A program made the position numbers and the translations under genes. The notes beneath the pieces are model-generated. The model saw only the letters and a program-made list of their open reading frames with translations. It was not told the DNA's origin and did not search any database. From a virus, in IMG/VR virus record IMGVR_UViG_3300023176_006361, positions 1 through 64,000 of that record: a stretch of DNA of 64,000 bases. One strand, written 5' to 3'. Shown piece after piece: positions 38,501 through 48,800 of this stretch (position 1 is its first letter; each line of letters opens with the position of its first letter).

Positions 38501-41500
38501 CTATCACTTACAATCTTCAACTTAGTTGTTGGATTGACAGTAACTTCAGAGAATGGAATTGTTTTCTTGCCTGGAGTTCCAAGAAGAGTTTCAGTCAGAT
38601 AGCATCTAGTTGGTACATTTTCACTCTTTGATTGGAAGAAGACTTCCAGACTTGAGAGGAACATACCATCTTGATATCCTTCAACCATGAAAGTCTGAGC
38701 AACAGGGTCAAAGTAGTTTGTATTTGCTTCTTGATTAGTTCTAACACCATCAACAAACTGAGTCTGGTCTTGCTCAGAAACAGATCTTTGAGTAATGGTA
38801 GGAACTCTCGTAGAAACGATAGTTTCCTGCACAGTCTCCATGAGACCCATTGCAAAGTATTCTGCTTCTGAGAAGGTATCTACATCAACTTCTCTTTCAC
38901 TGTTTACAGAACTGGAAGTAAGTCTGAACGTTCTTTCACCAACTCTGAATGTTCTTGTAGAACTAGAAGTGTCATAAATGATATCATCCAGATTTCCAGT
39001 AAACCTTTGGAAATTGTATGATGAATCGGAAGAACTTGTAGAAACTCTTCTACGATCCAATTCATTATCAGAAATTCCTCTAGTAGCGAGTTCATTAGTA
39101 ACATTAGTGGTAAATTCTCTAAGAGGAGCTGCGCCATTGGGAATGATAAAGACACCACTAACATTACCATTATCATCAGTAATGATTGGTTGACCAAATC
39201 CTTTAGGAGAGTTTAGTGCCTCTCCAGTGTAGTTGTTATCTGGGCAAACCCATGCACTAACATCAATACCCTCAAAGAATGCGTAGAGGCGAGTATTTGG
39301 TTTGAGTGCTGTAGAAGTAAATCTTACTACTCTTGCTCTCATATTTGGTTGGAATGCCATTCCAACTACTCTATCACCAAAACTTTGCTGAACTACATTA
39401 GATCCAGCAAGACGATTTTGTGTTCCCTGTCTAGTTCTGGTTCTTGTTCTGCCCAGTACACTAGTAGTAGTGTTGACAGTTACACCAGCAACTAGAAGGT
39501 CTCTAGTTCTACCAGAACCATTTGGATTTCTAATCCTCAGATTATCTGGAAGATTTCTTTGGAAATCTCTCATCCATGGCATCAAGTTGCCAGTTGAAGA
39601 TGTATCTCTAGCAAGTTCTTGCTGACCACTCCAAGAAGTCTGCCATTCATTCCAAACAGTACCAAGAACACCGTTCTCGTCTGCCATATTCTGAATGGTG
39701 TCAAAGAGATTGTTATCGTTGACAACCAAGTTGGGTCTTCTCTCAGTATCCTTCCACTCATCAAAAGGAGGATCAAGAGTAAGAGATCCTTTATACTGGA
39801 ACACCAAGAATGGGTTCAGGTTGATAGTTTCAGTAGCAAATGGATTCTTGATAAACTCTTGCTCAGTATAATCAAGAGTAATCAAACTTCCTGCCTTTTT
39901 GTAACCCTTAGCAGATCTTGATGCATCATCAGTTACCTGCTCTCTAAGAGATACTTGATTTGTAAAATGCTGTGGTCTCAGTTGCTGAGACTGCATGTCA
40001 ATAGCACACTTATATTCAGTAGAGAAAGTGTCTCCAACATTATGTCCAGAGAAATTATCTACAACAATACCACTCTTGAATCTATCAAGACCTGTTACTG
40101 CATCTTTGATTGAAGTATTGAGTGTGTCTTGCTCAAGAAGACTGAGAGTGGTGTAATACTCCATTCTCTCAATACGATCTTCAAGTTTGCGAATATCCTT
40201 CATGGTATATCGCTTGTAATTATATACCTTGATCGATACCTCTGATGGATCAAATGTATATGCAGGTACATCAAGATCAAAGAGTCTGATAGACTCTTCA
40301 AGTGCTTGTGGATATTCTGGGAGAATAGAAGGTACGCCTTGAACTACTTCAAATACACCTCTTCTTGTCAAATAGACACTATCCTTTCTTGGAAGATAGA
40401 AGTCATATGTGAGTTCAAATGAATCACCTGGAACAGGAACAAATGTATCTACCGTTGTAAATCTAAGTGCCCCAAGTTCTCCCTTATCTTCAGCACCAGC
40501 AACATATCCTGTAGTTGATGTTCCAGCACCTATATCAGCAGAGGGTCTGAAATCAATTGCATCTCTAAGTTGAATTGCACCACTCTTTTCTGAATAGAAT
40601 ACGGGAATATCATCATAAAGAAGAGTAATATTGTTTGCATTCAGATAAGAATCAACGGAGAAAAATTCTCCATCATTAGAACTGTGATCAAAATATGTGA
40701 AGTCAACCAGAAGTTGACCACTTGGTTCCTCTGAACCTTTTTTACGGATCAATCTTGCAATGTCGTAAACATTGTCTCTTTGACCATTATCAAAGATGAA
40801 ACGCTCTTTGATATCAATGTCGGTTACAAGAGCAGAAGCATCTGGATCAGCAGACATATAAACTGCATTTAGTTTGAATCCATCAACTTTACCAAGATTG
40901 ATAATTTCTTTCTTGTTGTAAGTAGAAACTGCTAACTGGGCATTTTTGAGAATCTTAGTTCTTGGTCTAGCGTTTCTGATAAAAATAGGAGCAGTCAGTT
41001 TGATAACGGCACCATTGAATGTCGAAGGGAGACCACTGAATACGATCTGACCGTTTGTTCCTCCTGTAGCAAGAGTTCTTTGATTTTCGTAGAGTGACAA
41101 ATCAATAATGTCACCAACTGATAATCCACTACTAGTTCCAGCATCAGCGACAACTGCAGTGTATCTATTTGAGAATCCATCAAAGTCTCTATTCTCACCA
41201 CTCAGAGTGAATGTAAGTGACCCACTACCGATAGTAGAAATAAATTGCTTGAGCGTCTTGAAGTTGAATCCAGTCTCAGTCTTATCTTTTGCAGTTGTTT
41301 TTACTACAGAATCTGGAGTTTTTAGAACCAAAGTATTTTTATCTGCTCCACCAACTCTTGCTTCAATCTTGAAGAGTTGTGCATTTGTTACATCATCAAC
41401 AATAGAACCATAAACATATACTCTAGAGGTATTTGTAAGTAATGTTCCTCTTCTCTGAACATACTTTACGCTATATCTTCTCTCAACTCCAGCGTCAGAT

Positions 41501-44151
41501 ACAACTTTGATCAGATCATTAGACCTCAGGTTTTTTCTAGGATCAGCAGTCAAACTGGTAATTTCAAAATAAGTATTTGATGCCTTTCCGTTTACCTGTG
41601 CAATTTCGATTGCATTATAGAAGTTTTCGTCATCAAGAATTGTATCTGCAGAGAACTTGCTGTTAGCAGCACCACCAGAGATAGACTTGATGTCCTTCAT
41701 GGTATAAGTTCTTACAGTGTCACCCCAAAGATCAACTTCGAGCAATGCTGCAGTACCTGTAGTCATTGTAATTGTCGCTACAGGAACACCACTGTAAACA
41801 GTTGCATTATCTGATTTGAAGTGCCATTTATTTGGGAAAATGTCCCCACTTGATTCTCCATCATCAAGTTCAACAGTCATCAGTCCACCAATTGAGTTGA
41901 CATCTAACTTATATGGAAATAATTGACCACCAACTGCTCTATCTAATCTTACAGACTCTAAGCTATTCAGATTAGGACCAATTTTCAATTCTGTTGTTGC
42001 AGTTGGATTGGCAATTTGAGAATAACCAGATCCGCCATCAAGAACTTTGATTGATTTGATAGTGCCGTTTTTGATGATTCTTGCCTGTGCTCTTCTGCCC
42101 TCATTACCATAATCTGGATCTGTGACGATCAATTCACCATCTTTGAAGGTTCCAATAACATTTGAAAGGATAATTTCATCCCAACCCTCTGCACTAAAAG
42201 ATGCTTCAACAATACCTGTTGCACCAGAAGATGAACCTGTAATCTTTGCACCATAAGTTTTTACACCACTGGCATAAGCACCAACAGTTACATTACTATG
42301 TACTTTCAAAGATGTGAATGTTGTAGTATCAAAAATGCCAAGTCTAAAGATTGAATCACGATTATCTTTACCAGAAATCAGACCATTACCATCTGTAGTA
42401 GTAGAAATCGATGTCAAATATTTTGGATGAGCACAACCGATAGGAACAGAAGAAAGTTCATCTACACGTCTTACAATTGCTCTATCAGTTCCACTAGAAA
42501 CATTTGATGTATTTACATCTTGTACAGTGGTGCCACTTTGAATAAAATCCCCTGGAGTCAGGGAAACTAGCATGGTATAAACATGACGAGCATTAGATCC
42601 TGATGTGATACCATTTTGTGCGGTTCCTGCAGCAGCATCTGCTCCTCTAAGAATAGATCCTTCAACAATATTTCCAGTTTTATCTGCAGGTTGTTGATTG
42701 CTGGTTGCCATACCACCAATCAAAGAATCTGTCCAATCAAAAGTTGCTTGTGCGTCTAAATTCTCAATTTCAATAAGATAATAACGCAGTGGAGCAGAAC
42801 CTCTACCACCTTGGGTCAAACCTAAGTAAGAGTCTGTAAATCTTCCATAAAATTTGAGTTGTGATAGTGCTTCTGTGCTAATAGATCCAGAAACAATGTT
42901 ATCAAGATCAGTTGAACCAAAAACGTTTTGAACATTCAAGAATGCACCTTGAGGTACAGAAATACTTGCTCTTTCTCTGGTCAGGGTCTCTCTTGCTCTA
43001 TCAAAAGTTTTGAATTTTGTACCAGTGCTTTCAATTTCATATCCACGAACATATGCCTTACCTGGAGAAATTGCTGCAACAATGGAATCTTTTGAATCAT
43101 CGAAAGAAAGACCATTATATGTGCCGTCATTACCTAGAGGATAAACTCCATTGTTTTCTCCATCATCATCATGGTTTTTGATTTCTAAACCATAATTTCT
43201 TACAATGTAGTCTCCAGACTCATCATAAGTTCTTCTTGCAAGAATCTCTTCAATATCAGACCAGGATTTCTTCTCTACCTTTCTCTCAATGATTCCATCT
43301 CTAATTCTGAGAAGTTCAATGAAGTTGTTCTCAACAGCAGCATCAATCAATCTAGATGCCAGAGTGAGTGTAATCTTGAGACGATGAGCACCAGGAGCAG
43401 CATAGTTGCTGAAACCAGCAGCGTTATCATTCAGAGAATTATCTTCATCTGGAGTAATAAGCTCTTCCTGTACGAGGAAACCAACTCTACAAGTTGGAGT
43501 AGTTGAATACTTATCAACAATAAGTGTTTGAGCAGCATTACGTACAAAATGCCCATTGACGTAATAAATACCTTCTTGAATAAAGACAGCAGAACCATTC
43601 CCCGTTGCGGTATTCTGTGTCAGTTCCAGAGTGGTGGCAGAACCAAATGGTTTATAAACAGTTGGTCTTGCAGAACCTGTAATTCCTACGACGGCAGTTG
43701 GAGAACCAACAATATCAGAAGAAAGAATTTCACCTTCTTGGAATCTTCTATTTGTTGTAGCAGTACCACTGCTTTCATATCTTACAAAAAATGTTGCAGA
43801 ATCTGCTGAGGTTTCCTCAGTAGCATTCAATACTTTCGCTACAACACCAGTAGTTTCGCCAGTCAGAGTAGCACCCAAAAATTGTGAGAGGGTGAAACCC
43901 TGAGAAAAACTAGAAATTTTTACATATGCATAGCTATTGTTGAAAGATACCTCTCCAGGGACCACCATGGATCCCTCTTTCATGAGGTATTTTCCAACAC
44001 TTTCAACTTGATTTTGAAGAACTGACTGTAATGTCGTCAGTTCTCTTGATTGAATTGAATATCCTGGTCTAAAAAGAACTCTGTAAAAATCCTTATTAGA
44101 ATCAAAATCGTCGTAGTAAGGAGTTACATTTAGATTCGTACTCTGTGGCAT
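35515..44151 (-). CDS. VrlC/DUF4815-type giant baseplate-associated structural protein (2878 aa)
   Basis: TNLNVTPYYDDFD..K.FYRVLFRPG..IQSRELTTLQS, APGAHRLKI, RRTYDESGDY, KRYTMKDI..LE.RI..MEYYTTLSLLE, DPVAQTF; directly after g8. Confidence 0.88.
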   Translation of the reverse strand: MPQSTNLNVTPYYDDFDSNKDFYRVLFRPGYSIQSRELTTLQSVLQNQVESVGKYLMKEGSMVVPGEVSFNNSYAYVKISSFSQGFTLSQFLGATLTGETTGVVAKVLNATEETSADSATFFVRYESSGTATTNRRFQEGEILSSDIVGSPTAVVGITGSARPTVYKPFGSATTLELTQNTATGNGSAVFIQEGIYYVNGHFVRNAAQTLIVDKYSTTPTCRVGFLVQEELITPDEDNSLNDNAAGFSNYAAPGAHRLKITLTLASRLIDAAVENNFIELLRIRDGIIERKVEKKSWSDIEEILARRTYDESGDYIVRNYGLEIKNHDDDGENNGVYPLGNDGTYNGLSFDDSKDSIVAAISPGKAYVRGYEIESTGTKFKTFDRARETLTRERASISVPQGAFLNVQNVFGSTDLDNIVSGSISTEALSQLKFYGRFTDSYLGLTQGGRGSAPLRYYLIEIENLDAQATFDWTDSLIGGMATSNQQPADKTGNIVEGSILRGADAAAGTAQNGITSGSNARHVYTMLVSLTPGDFIQSGTTVQDVNTSNVSSGTDRAIVRRVDELSSVPIGCAHPKYLTSISTTTDGNGLISGKDNRDSIFRLGIFDTTTFTSLKVHSNVTVGAYASGVKTYGAKITGSSSGATGIVEASFSAEGWDEIILSNVIGTFKDGELIVTDPDYGNEGRRAQARIIKNGTIKSIKVLDGGSGYSQIANPTATTELKIGPNLNSLESVRLDRAVGGQLFPYKLDVNSIGGLMTVELDDGESSGDIFPNKWHFKSDNATVYSGVPVATITMTTGTAALLEVDLWGDTVRTYTMKDIKSISGGAANSKFSADTILDDENFYNAIEIAQVNGKASNTYFEITSLTADPRKNLRSNDLIKVVSDAGVERRYSVKYVQRRGTLLTNTSRVYVYGSIVDDVTNAQLFKIEARVGGADKNTLVLKTPDSVVKTTAKDKTETGFNFKTLKQFISTIGSGSLTFTLSGENRDFDGFSNRYTAVVADAGTSSGLSVGDIIDLSLYENQRTLATGGTNGQIVFSGLPSTFNGAVIKLTAPIFIRNARPRTKILKNAQLAVSTYNKKEIINLGKVDGFKLNAVYMSADPDASALVTDIDIKERFIFDNGQRDNVYDIARLIRKKGSEEPSGQLLVDFTYFDHSSNDGEFFSVDSYLNANNITLLYDDIPVFYSEKSGAIQLRDAIDFRPSADIGAGTSTTGYVAGAEDKGELGALRFTTVDTFVPVPGDSFELTYDFYLPRKDSVYLTRRGVFEVVQGVPSILPEYPQALEESIRLFDLDVPAYTFDPSEVSIKVYNYKRYTMKDIRKLEDRIERMEYYTTLSLLEQDTLNTSIKDAVTGLDRFKSGIVVDNFSGHNVGDTFSTEYKCAIDMQSQQLRPQHFTNQVSLREQVTDDASRSAKGYKKAGSLITLDYTEQEFIKNPFATETINLNPFLVFQYKGSLTLDPPFDEWKDTERRPNLVVNDNNLFDTIQNMADENGVLGTVWNEWQTSWSGQQELARDTSSTGNLMPWMRDFQRNLPDNLRIRNPNGSGRTRDLLVAGVTVNTTTSVLGRTRTRTRQGTQNRLAGSNVVQQSFGDRVVGMAFQPNMRARVVRFTSTALKPNTRLYAFFEGIDVSAWVCPDNNYTGEALNSPKGFGQPIITDDNGNVSGVFIIPNGAAPLREFTTNVTNELATRGISDNELDRRRVSTSSSDSSYNFQRFTGNLDDIIYDTSSSTRTFRVGERTFRLTSSSVNSEREVDVDTFSEAEYFAMGLMETVQETIVSTRVPTITQRSVSEQDQTQFVDGVRTNQEANTNYFDPVAQTFMVEGYQDGMFLSSLEVFFQSKSENVPTRCYLTETLLGTPGKKTIPFSEVTVNPTTKLKIVSDSAVSFVAGETVIGLTSGANGTVKTNLEITGTTTTVNFSNTTYTLELSNHNGIDFQPGEVLSIQRFPEPTSIVNIARDSFQVASIEMVNTGETYTTASVTIGSPQQVGGVQATAYAKIDARLQRIVEIVVTNPGSGYTSEPSVSIEGDGAGATAISRIRGESHAVEMGVGTSDDASVGTKFKFPSPIYLENNTEYAFVVVSNSIDYNMYISRLGENEIGTTQRVSTQPYLGSLFKSQNSTLWTADQFEDVKFTLNRAKFSTTSTASVELVNDKMPFIRMGPAPFETNKLSYRGGNSIGESIYSSASAPSAYADNLFGSNPRVVRVSHKNHGMSEGDYVILKGVQGVGTGDALMNGIAISKMNSIHQILNVGIDSYDVLISKDPNSQNDQATESGRGGGVFAYATENQQFQTLQPQVSLLQFPSCNVSHTIDALKADSVDYDNPNAFSTETISVVPGRNTYLTDNYAVLSEINEIYRNDGRKSLKYNITMSTTNDAVSPVLDLDRVSLFTVSNRIDKPMPDQARFGYKVYRLYPFDNTPSLGGTAEIGGIGIGSVIQNVYKVDPNGVRNFVTGSIESASTGIIQAEVVGINQEEKYIDIRYLKIPTTSVNSASGELILQQGMRFAPPQTTASLTPYVFQVVGASTDYYLQTDPIDRGGFLYRTEEEGEMGSHSAKYQTKTVNLENPATNIDVRLTANLFANKDIQVMYRIRPTSSDKIISSQPWRYFNPKFTEKSSIRSIEITNGGAGYTTAPAVTLEPANGAEVTPVIDTNTNTLTNILVTKRGSGFLSAPRVIIDSNTGGTGNALTGNQTLTSGGAGYVQGSYSNVAAIYDPNSPTNLPSAGSGATFDITVDANGIVSSVVLNSPGVGYKDGEYLTFDPTFDGAGGGSGVQVTVANVTAAGSPTELAVAEAFIFPVDFDEETSGLADNADDIEVDDSDILDPSQEFADSFKEYKFTVEDLPEFSEFSVKIIMRLNDEKGPAYVPKIEDLRCIASA

Positions 44152-44188
44152 TGTCTATTCTTCCAGATAACGGGGGGGAATATAATAA

Positions 44189-45847
44189 TCAGAACTCGAT
44201 TACAAGTTTTACGTCTTCGATTTGGTCAGCTGCTCTGGTAATAACTCTTCTATTTTCAACGTAGATAACATCGCCAGAATACTTAGAAAATTCAGGTTCA
44301 CAAAGACCATTTACAAATGTACCTTGCTGTTGAATTGTTCCCTGACTAGATCTGTTGATTGGACGATCTGCACTAGAACCAGTTCCTGCAATATTATTTA
44401 CAGTACCACCGCCAGTTGCTGCAGTATAGAATGGATGAAGTGAACCATCAGCATCTCTCAGTTCAGGGTCATTTGGTGATTGAGTATATCTCAGAATTGC
44501 AAGGTTTCCTGAAGAATTGTACTCATAGTAATCAACAACTCTACCCTTCGCTACAACGTTGATCGTATCAGTTCCTCTAGTTACAGTATATGCCTGTGTG
44601 ATGACTTCATCTTTTGCAAAAATTCCTGTACCAGTTGAAGTATCAATAATTGCAGCAAATGTACCACTAGCAGTATCTGATGTCAGTGCAGCAGATCCAG
44701 TAGCATCTTGGGGATCTTTCAGAACACCGATTCTTCTAAAGTCTTGGTCAACGTAGAAGTCAGTTGTTTTGTCAGCAGCAGTTGATCTGTTACCATAGAT
44801 CAATCTGGTGTTGAGCATAACTCTCTTTGCACCCAGTTCTTTTGAGACATTTGAACCATGTCCATTTTGTGGGGGAATTACAATCTCAATGCTTGGTGCT
44901 GTGTAACCACTGCTTGGCAGTGTTGATGAAGGAGTACCTGCTCTCAGATTGGCAACAGAAGTGTAGTACGTAGCGCCTGGAGCAAGATCTACAGTTGCGA
45001 AAGTGTAGTTTCTACCTCTAGTTGTAATTTCAGATGCAGTTACCTCACCACTAGCGTTTGTGGTCAGTTTCAGTACAGCAAATCCGTTAGTTGCGTCATC
45101 ACCATCACCTTTGACTCTGAAGTAAAGGTCTGTAGAGGCAGGAAGACCTGAACCAGAACTCTTGAGAAGTGAAACATCAAGAGCACCGTCTACAACTGAA
45201 CTACCATAAGTAGTTTCTTTGACGGGAATAAAGTCTGTTGAGGTAAAGAACAGAACGTCGTTAGTTTCCAGTTTGTAAAGATACTGATATTGATACCCAT
45301 CAGACAGGGTTACAATTTGATCTGCGTTTGCCGCTGCAGCAGTAGGTGCTGTAGTACCTGTAACTGAACCAGTTGGGTTTGCAGGAGTTACGCCATTATT
45401 CAAAACCTTGAATACCTCATAGGTATCTGGGTTCATTACATAGAACTCAGAGTCCATAAGGTTTGACGTACCAGAAGCGGTTTGGTTCGACTGGTTATAG
45501 TTTGGACGATACATGGTAAACTTTTTACCTTGTACCCAGTTATATCTTCTGACAACCTTTCTAACGTTTGAAAACCCTACTTTCTTCAGCGATAGAATAT
45601 CGTCATGGATTTCATTATAGAAATCTGTATTATCATAAGGAGGTGGAACATTGCCTTCACTCAGAGTTGGTGAAGCACTGGTTCCATAGTTGCTGTTCGC
45701 ACCATACGCAGAATACCACGATTGATGCCTTCCAATGAAGAAGTAGATGTTGTTAGAGTTAGTGCCACTATTGGTTGTGTCAAACGCTTGTAAAAATTTC
45801 TCTGCGTTATGAATTCTAAACTGCTCAGTAATTAGACTGCTAGACAT
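44189..45847 (-). CDS. g8: Baseplate wedge subunit (gp8)
   Basis: LITEQFRIHNAEKF, IYFFIGR, VVRRYNW, FYVMN...VFK, DGYQYQYLY, DFRRIG..KDP, YSGDVIYVENR..ITRA.DQ.ED.KLVIEF. Confidence 0.9.
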   Translation of the reverse strand: MSSSLITEQFRIHNAEKFLQAFDTTNSGTNSNNIYFFIGRHQSWYSAYGANSNYGTSASPTLSEGNVPPPYDNTDFYNEIHDDILSLKKVGFSNVRKVVRRYNWVQGKKFTMYRPNYNQSNQTASGTSNLMDSEFYVMNPDTYEVFKVLNNGVTPANPTGSVTGTTAPTAAAANADQIVTLSDGYQYQYLYKLETNDVLFFTSTDFIPVKETTYGSSVVDGALDVSLLKSSGSGLPASTDLYFRVKGDGDDATNGFAVLKLTTNASGEVTASEITTRGRNYTFATVDLAPGATYYTSVANLRAGTPSSTLPSSGYTAPSIEIVIPPQNGHGSNVSKELGAKRVMLNTRLIYGNRSTAADKTTDFYVDQDFRRIGVLKDPQDATGSAALTSDTASGTFAAIIDTSTGTGIFAKDEVITQAYTVTRGTDTINVVAKGRVVDYYEYNSSGNLAILRYTQSPNDPELRDADGSLHPFYTAATGGGTVNNIAGTGSSADRPINRSSQGTIQQQGTFVNGLCEPEFSKYSGDVIYVENRRVITRAADQIEDVKLVIEF

Positions 45848-45876
45848 CGCTAAAAATGTAGGGTTTTTGCTTAGAT

Positions 45877-45890
45877 TATTTATATTTATT
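45877..45890 (-). promoter_or_regulatory. Tandem late promoters (AATAAATA overlapping TATAAATA) upstream of g8
   Basis: Exact T4 consensus at 45877-45884 plus an overlapping second copy; intergenic. Confidence 0.8.
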
Positions 45891-45899
45891 CCTGGAGCA

Positions 45900-48800
45900 T
45901 TAGATGTCCAGGCGAGTTGGTCTGGTGGTTCTTAGATAATCTCCTTGTGCGTGTGCAAATGCACATGAACCAGAAAGAATGATTCTATTACCACTCCAAT
46001 CAATTTCTTCATAACCAATTGTTTCATTGCCAAATTCAACAAGACCATATACTTGAGATGCAATAGAAACCTTGACAGTGTTCGCTACATTACTTATAGG
46101 AGTTCCAGAAAGGAGATTTTGACCTGGATTCAATCTTAGAATAAATGTATCAGTGTCAATGATTCTATCAACGTATCCTTTTACAATTAGAGATCTCTCT
46201 TCATATATTTCCATATCTGGTCTCAACCAGAACGTATTACCTTCAACAATCATATAGTTGAAGCCATGAACTCCCTGAAGAGATAATGAAGTATCTCCAG
46301 GATTTGCTGCAGCAGCAAGAATGCCACCAAACTCCTTAGTAGTTGATACTGGAGTAATGTTGAATCGAATTGTTGATGATACATTATTTGGATTGTACTT
46401 AGAGTACAAGGATGAAAAGTATCTTTCTGCAACCTGTTCAATTCTCAAATCTGAGTATGCCTTGGTCAAATCAGCAATAGACATTGTTGATTCCACATTG
46501 AACTTATTTGTTTCAAGTGCTTGGAATGTTGGATATGCACGAATTCTTCCAACAGAGATAATATTTGGTTCAGCAAGAGCAGAATCTTTTGGATAAACTG
46601 GATTTGCCTGCAGATAATCATATTCGCGTGATACATCCTCATCAATACCATCTTGATGCTCATGCTCAGTCATGATAGTGACTTCTTGACCAGCTCTGGT
46701 TACAGTAGTTGTACCTTGGAGGAAACTGGAAACTGTGAACTGTTGTGCTTCAAGAACCATGACAGTCTCAAGGACTGTATCAACACTTGTCCAGAAATTA
46801 TATTGATTTCTAGTGGTTACAAGAGGATAGACACTATTGATTACCTTATACGCCCTTGTGACAACGATATCAGGAACCTGGAAATAATCACGACCCTCAT
46901 AATCAACAATACAGCGAGAAATTTGTTTGTTCTCGTCAATTTCAGCATGAGCAAGGGCAAATACACCAGTATCTGTCTCTGCTGGTTTGATTACAAGAAT
47001 TGGTGCAGTATCATAATCTAATCCAGTTGGGAATGATCCTGTGAGAGATTCAATAGAGTGGATTCTGCCATTTTCCTTAGAGGAAACAGTTACACTATTT
47101 GAACCGCCAAGATCTGTACTAACTGTTGCACCATTTGCAATTATTCTGTCTGGCAGAATTTGGAATTCAACTTGATTATTTCCAAGATCGGAAATAACAG
47201 TACCGACAGATTCTCCGCCAGAGAATACTAAAGTTCCAGCAGGATATGCTGTAGAATCAGAAAGAGTCATTGTAAACCTGACTCTCGCAGTAAATGATGC
47301 CTCACGACCTCTGGTAATTCCACTATAATCTGAGGTTTTGAATTGAGTTTGCTTGAGACCAACGATAGCTGTATCAATTCTAAACTTATGAATACCAGTA
47401 CTTGTTCCAAGAGTAATTGCTTGCTCTGGAGGAGCACTCAGAGAATCATAGTAATTAGTGTAAAGGAATACTCCTCTATCTCTAAATGAATACCCGAGAT
47501 AATATGTGTTACCACTTGTCAAACCTGGAATGTCTGCGTTACCTTCGTTAGTATAAACCAACTTTGTACCAGAAATAAATCCAGATGTCGATTGTGTCGA
47601 ATAATCTTCAAAGTAGATCTTATTTGCTTGATCAACATAGAAAAGGGAAGAACCTACATTTGAAGCATCAATAAAATAATCATTATATGTGTCAAGGTGC
47701 TCCCATTCAATAATATCCCTATTGGTAATGTCAACCAGTTCTCTTTCAGCATTCTCACCATCAACTAAAATGCTATCATCAGGTCTAAAGTATTCTCTAA
47801 TTGGATAATATGCCTTTGGAAGAGATCTGAGACGCTTATTAGTTTGTGTACCATCATCAAGTACATAGTAAACTTCATTTCCATTATCATCATACTGAAC
47901 ATAAGATGGATCGTATAGAGGAACATTATATCCCCTAAGAACTTTCTCAAGATCCTTACCATACCAATAGAATACGTGGAGTTCACTTCCCGCAAGAACT
48001 GGATTATAGAATTCCAAAAGGGACTCATTGATTACATATGATTGTCCAAATTCTTGAATAATACCATTCACAACAACAATAATTTGAGAAGAACGATTTG
48101 GAATAATCAGACTTCCATTAGCTCTCATAATAAAGGTTGTTGTTGGTGATGATGTGTCTGGAGTATCCAATACAGTATACTTACCATTTGAATACGCAAA
48201 GAACTGTTGAGATTGACCCTTTCTCTCAACATAAGACTTTCCAGGATTTCTTGATAAAGTAGAAAGATATGATGGATTACTGATAACAGATGTAATTATA
48301 CCAATTGAAGACCCAATTGCAGATTCTACATTTGCACAGGAACCAACATAACTTCCAGTAGCACCATCAATAGCAATTGTATTATCAAAATACTGCGTAA
48401 GACCATGTGAACCCTGCACAGTTACAGTTTGATTCTGCATTACTGCAATGGCAATGTCTCTTGCATGATTGAAAGTTTCAATTGATTCTGCCTCTTCACC
48501 AACAAGATGTTGGAGTGCTCCACCTGTTGCGTACAGATTTGCAGCATCCCAAGCTGGTGCATTTCCACCATAGCGAAGAACATCAACGACAGCACCGAGA
48601 ACATCAACAACATCATCAATACAATTCTGAGAACCTCCAGGAACATTGAATCCTGGATTATTTGCAAGCATTCTCTCTACCGCTTCGTTTGCGATAAAGT
48701 TCTTATTGATTTCAATCAAGTTTGAAGCATCAAGAAATCTATCAGATTGAGTAATAGTTCCAAGAAGTTTGATCGTTGATGTTGCTGAAGATGTTGTTCC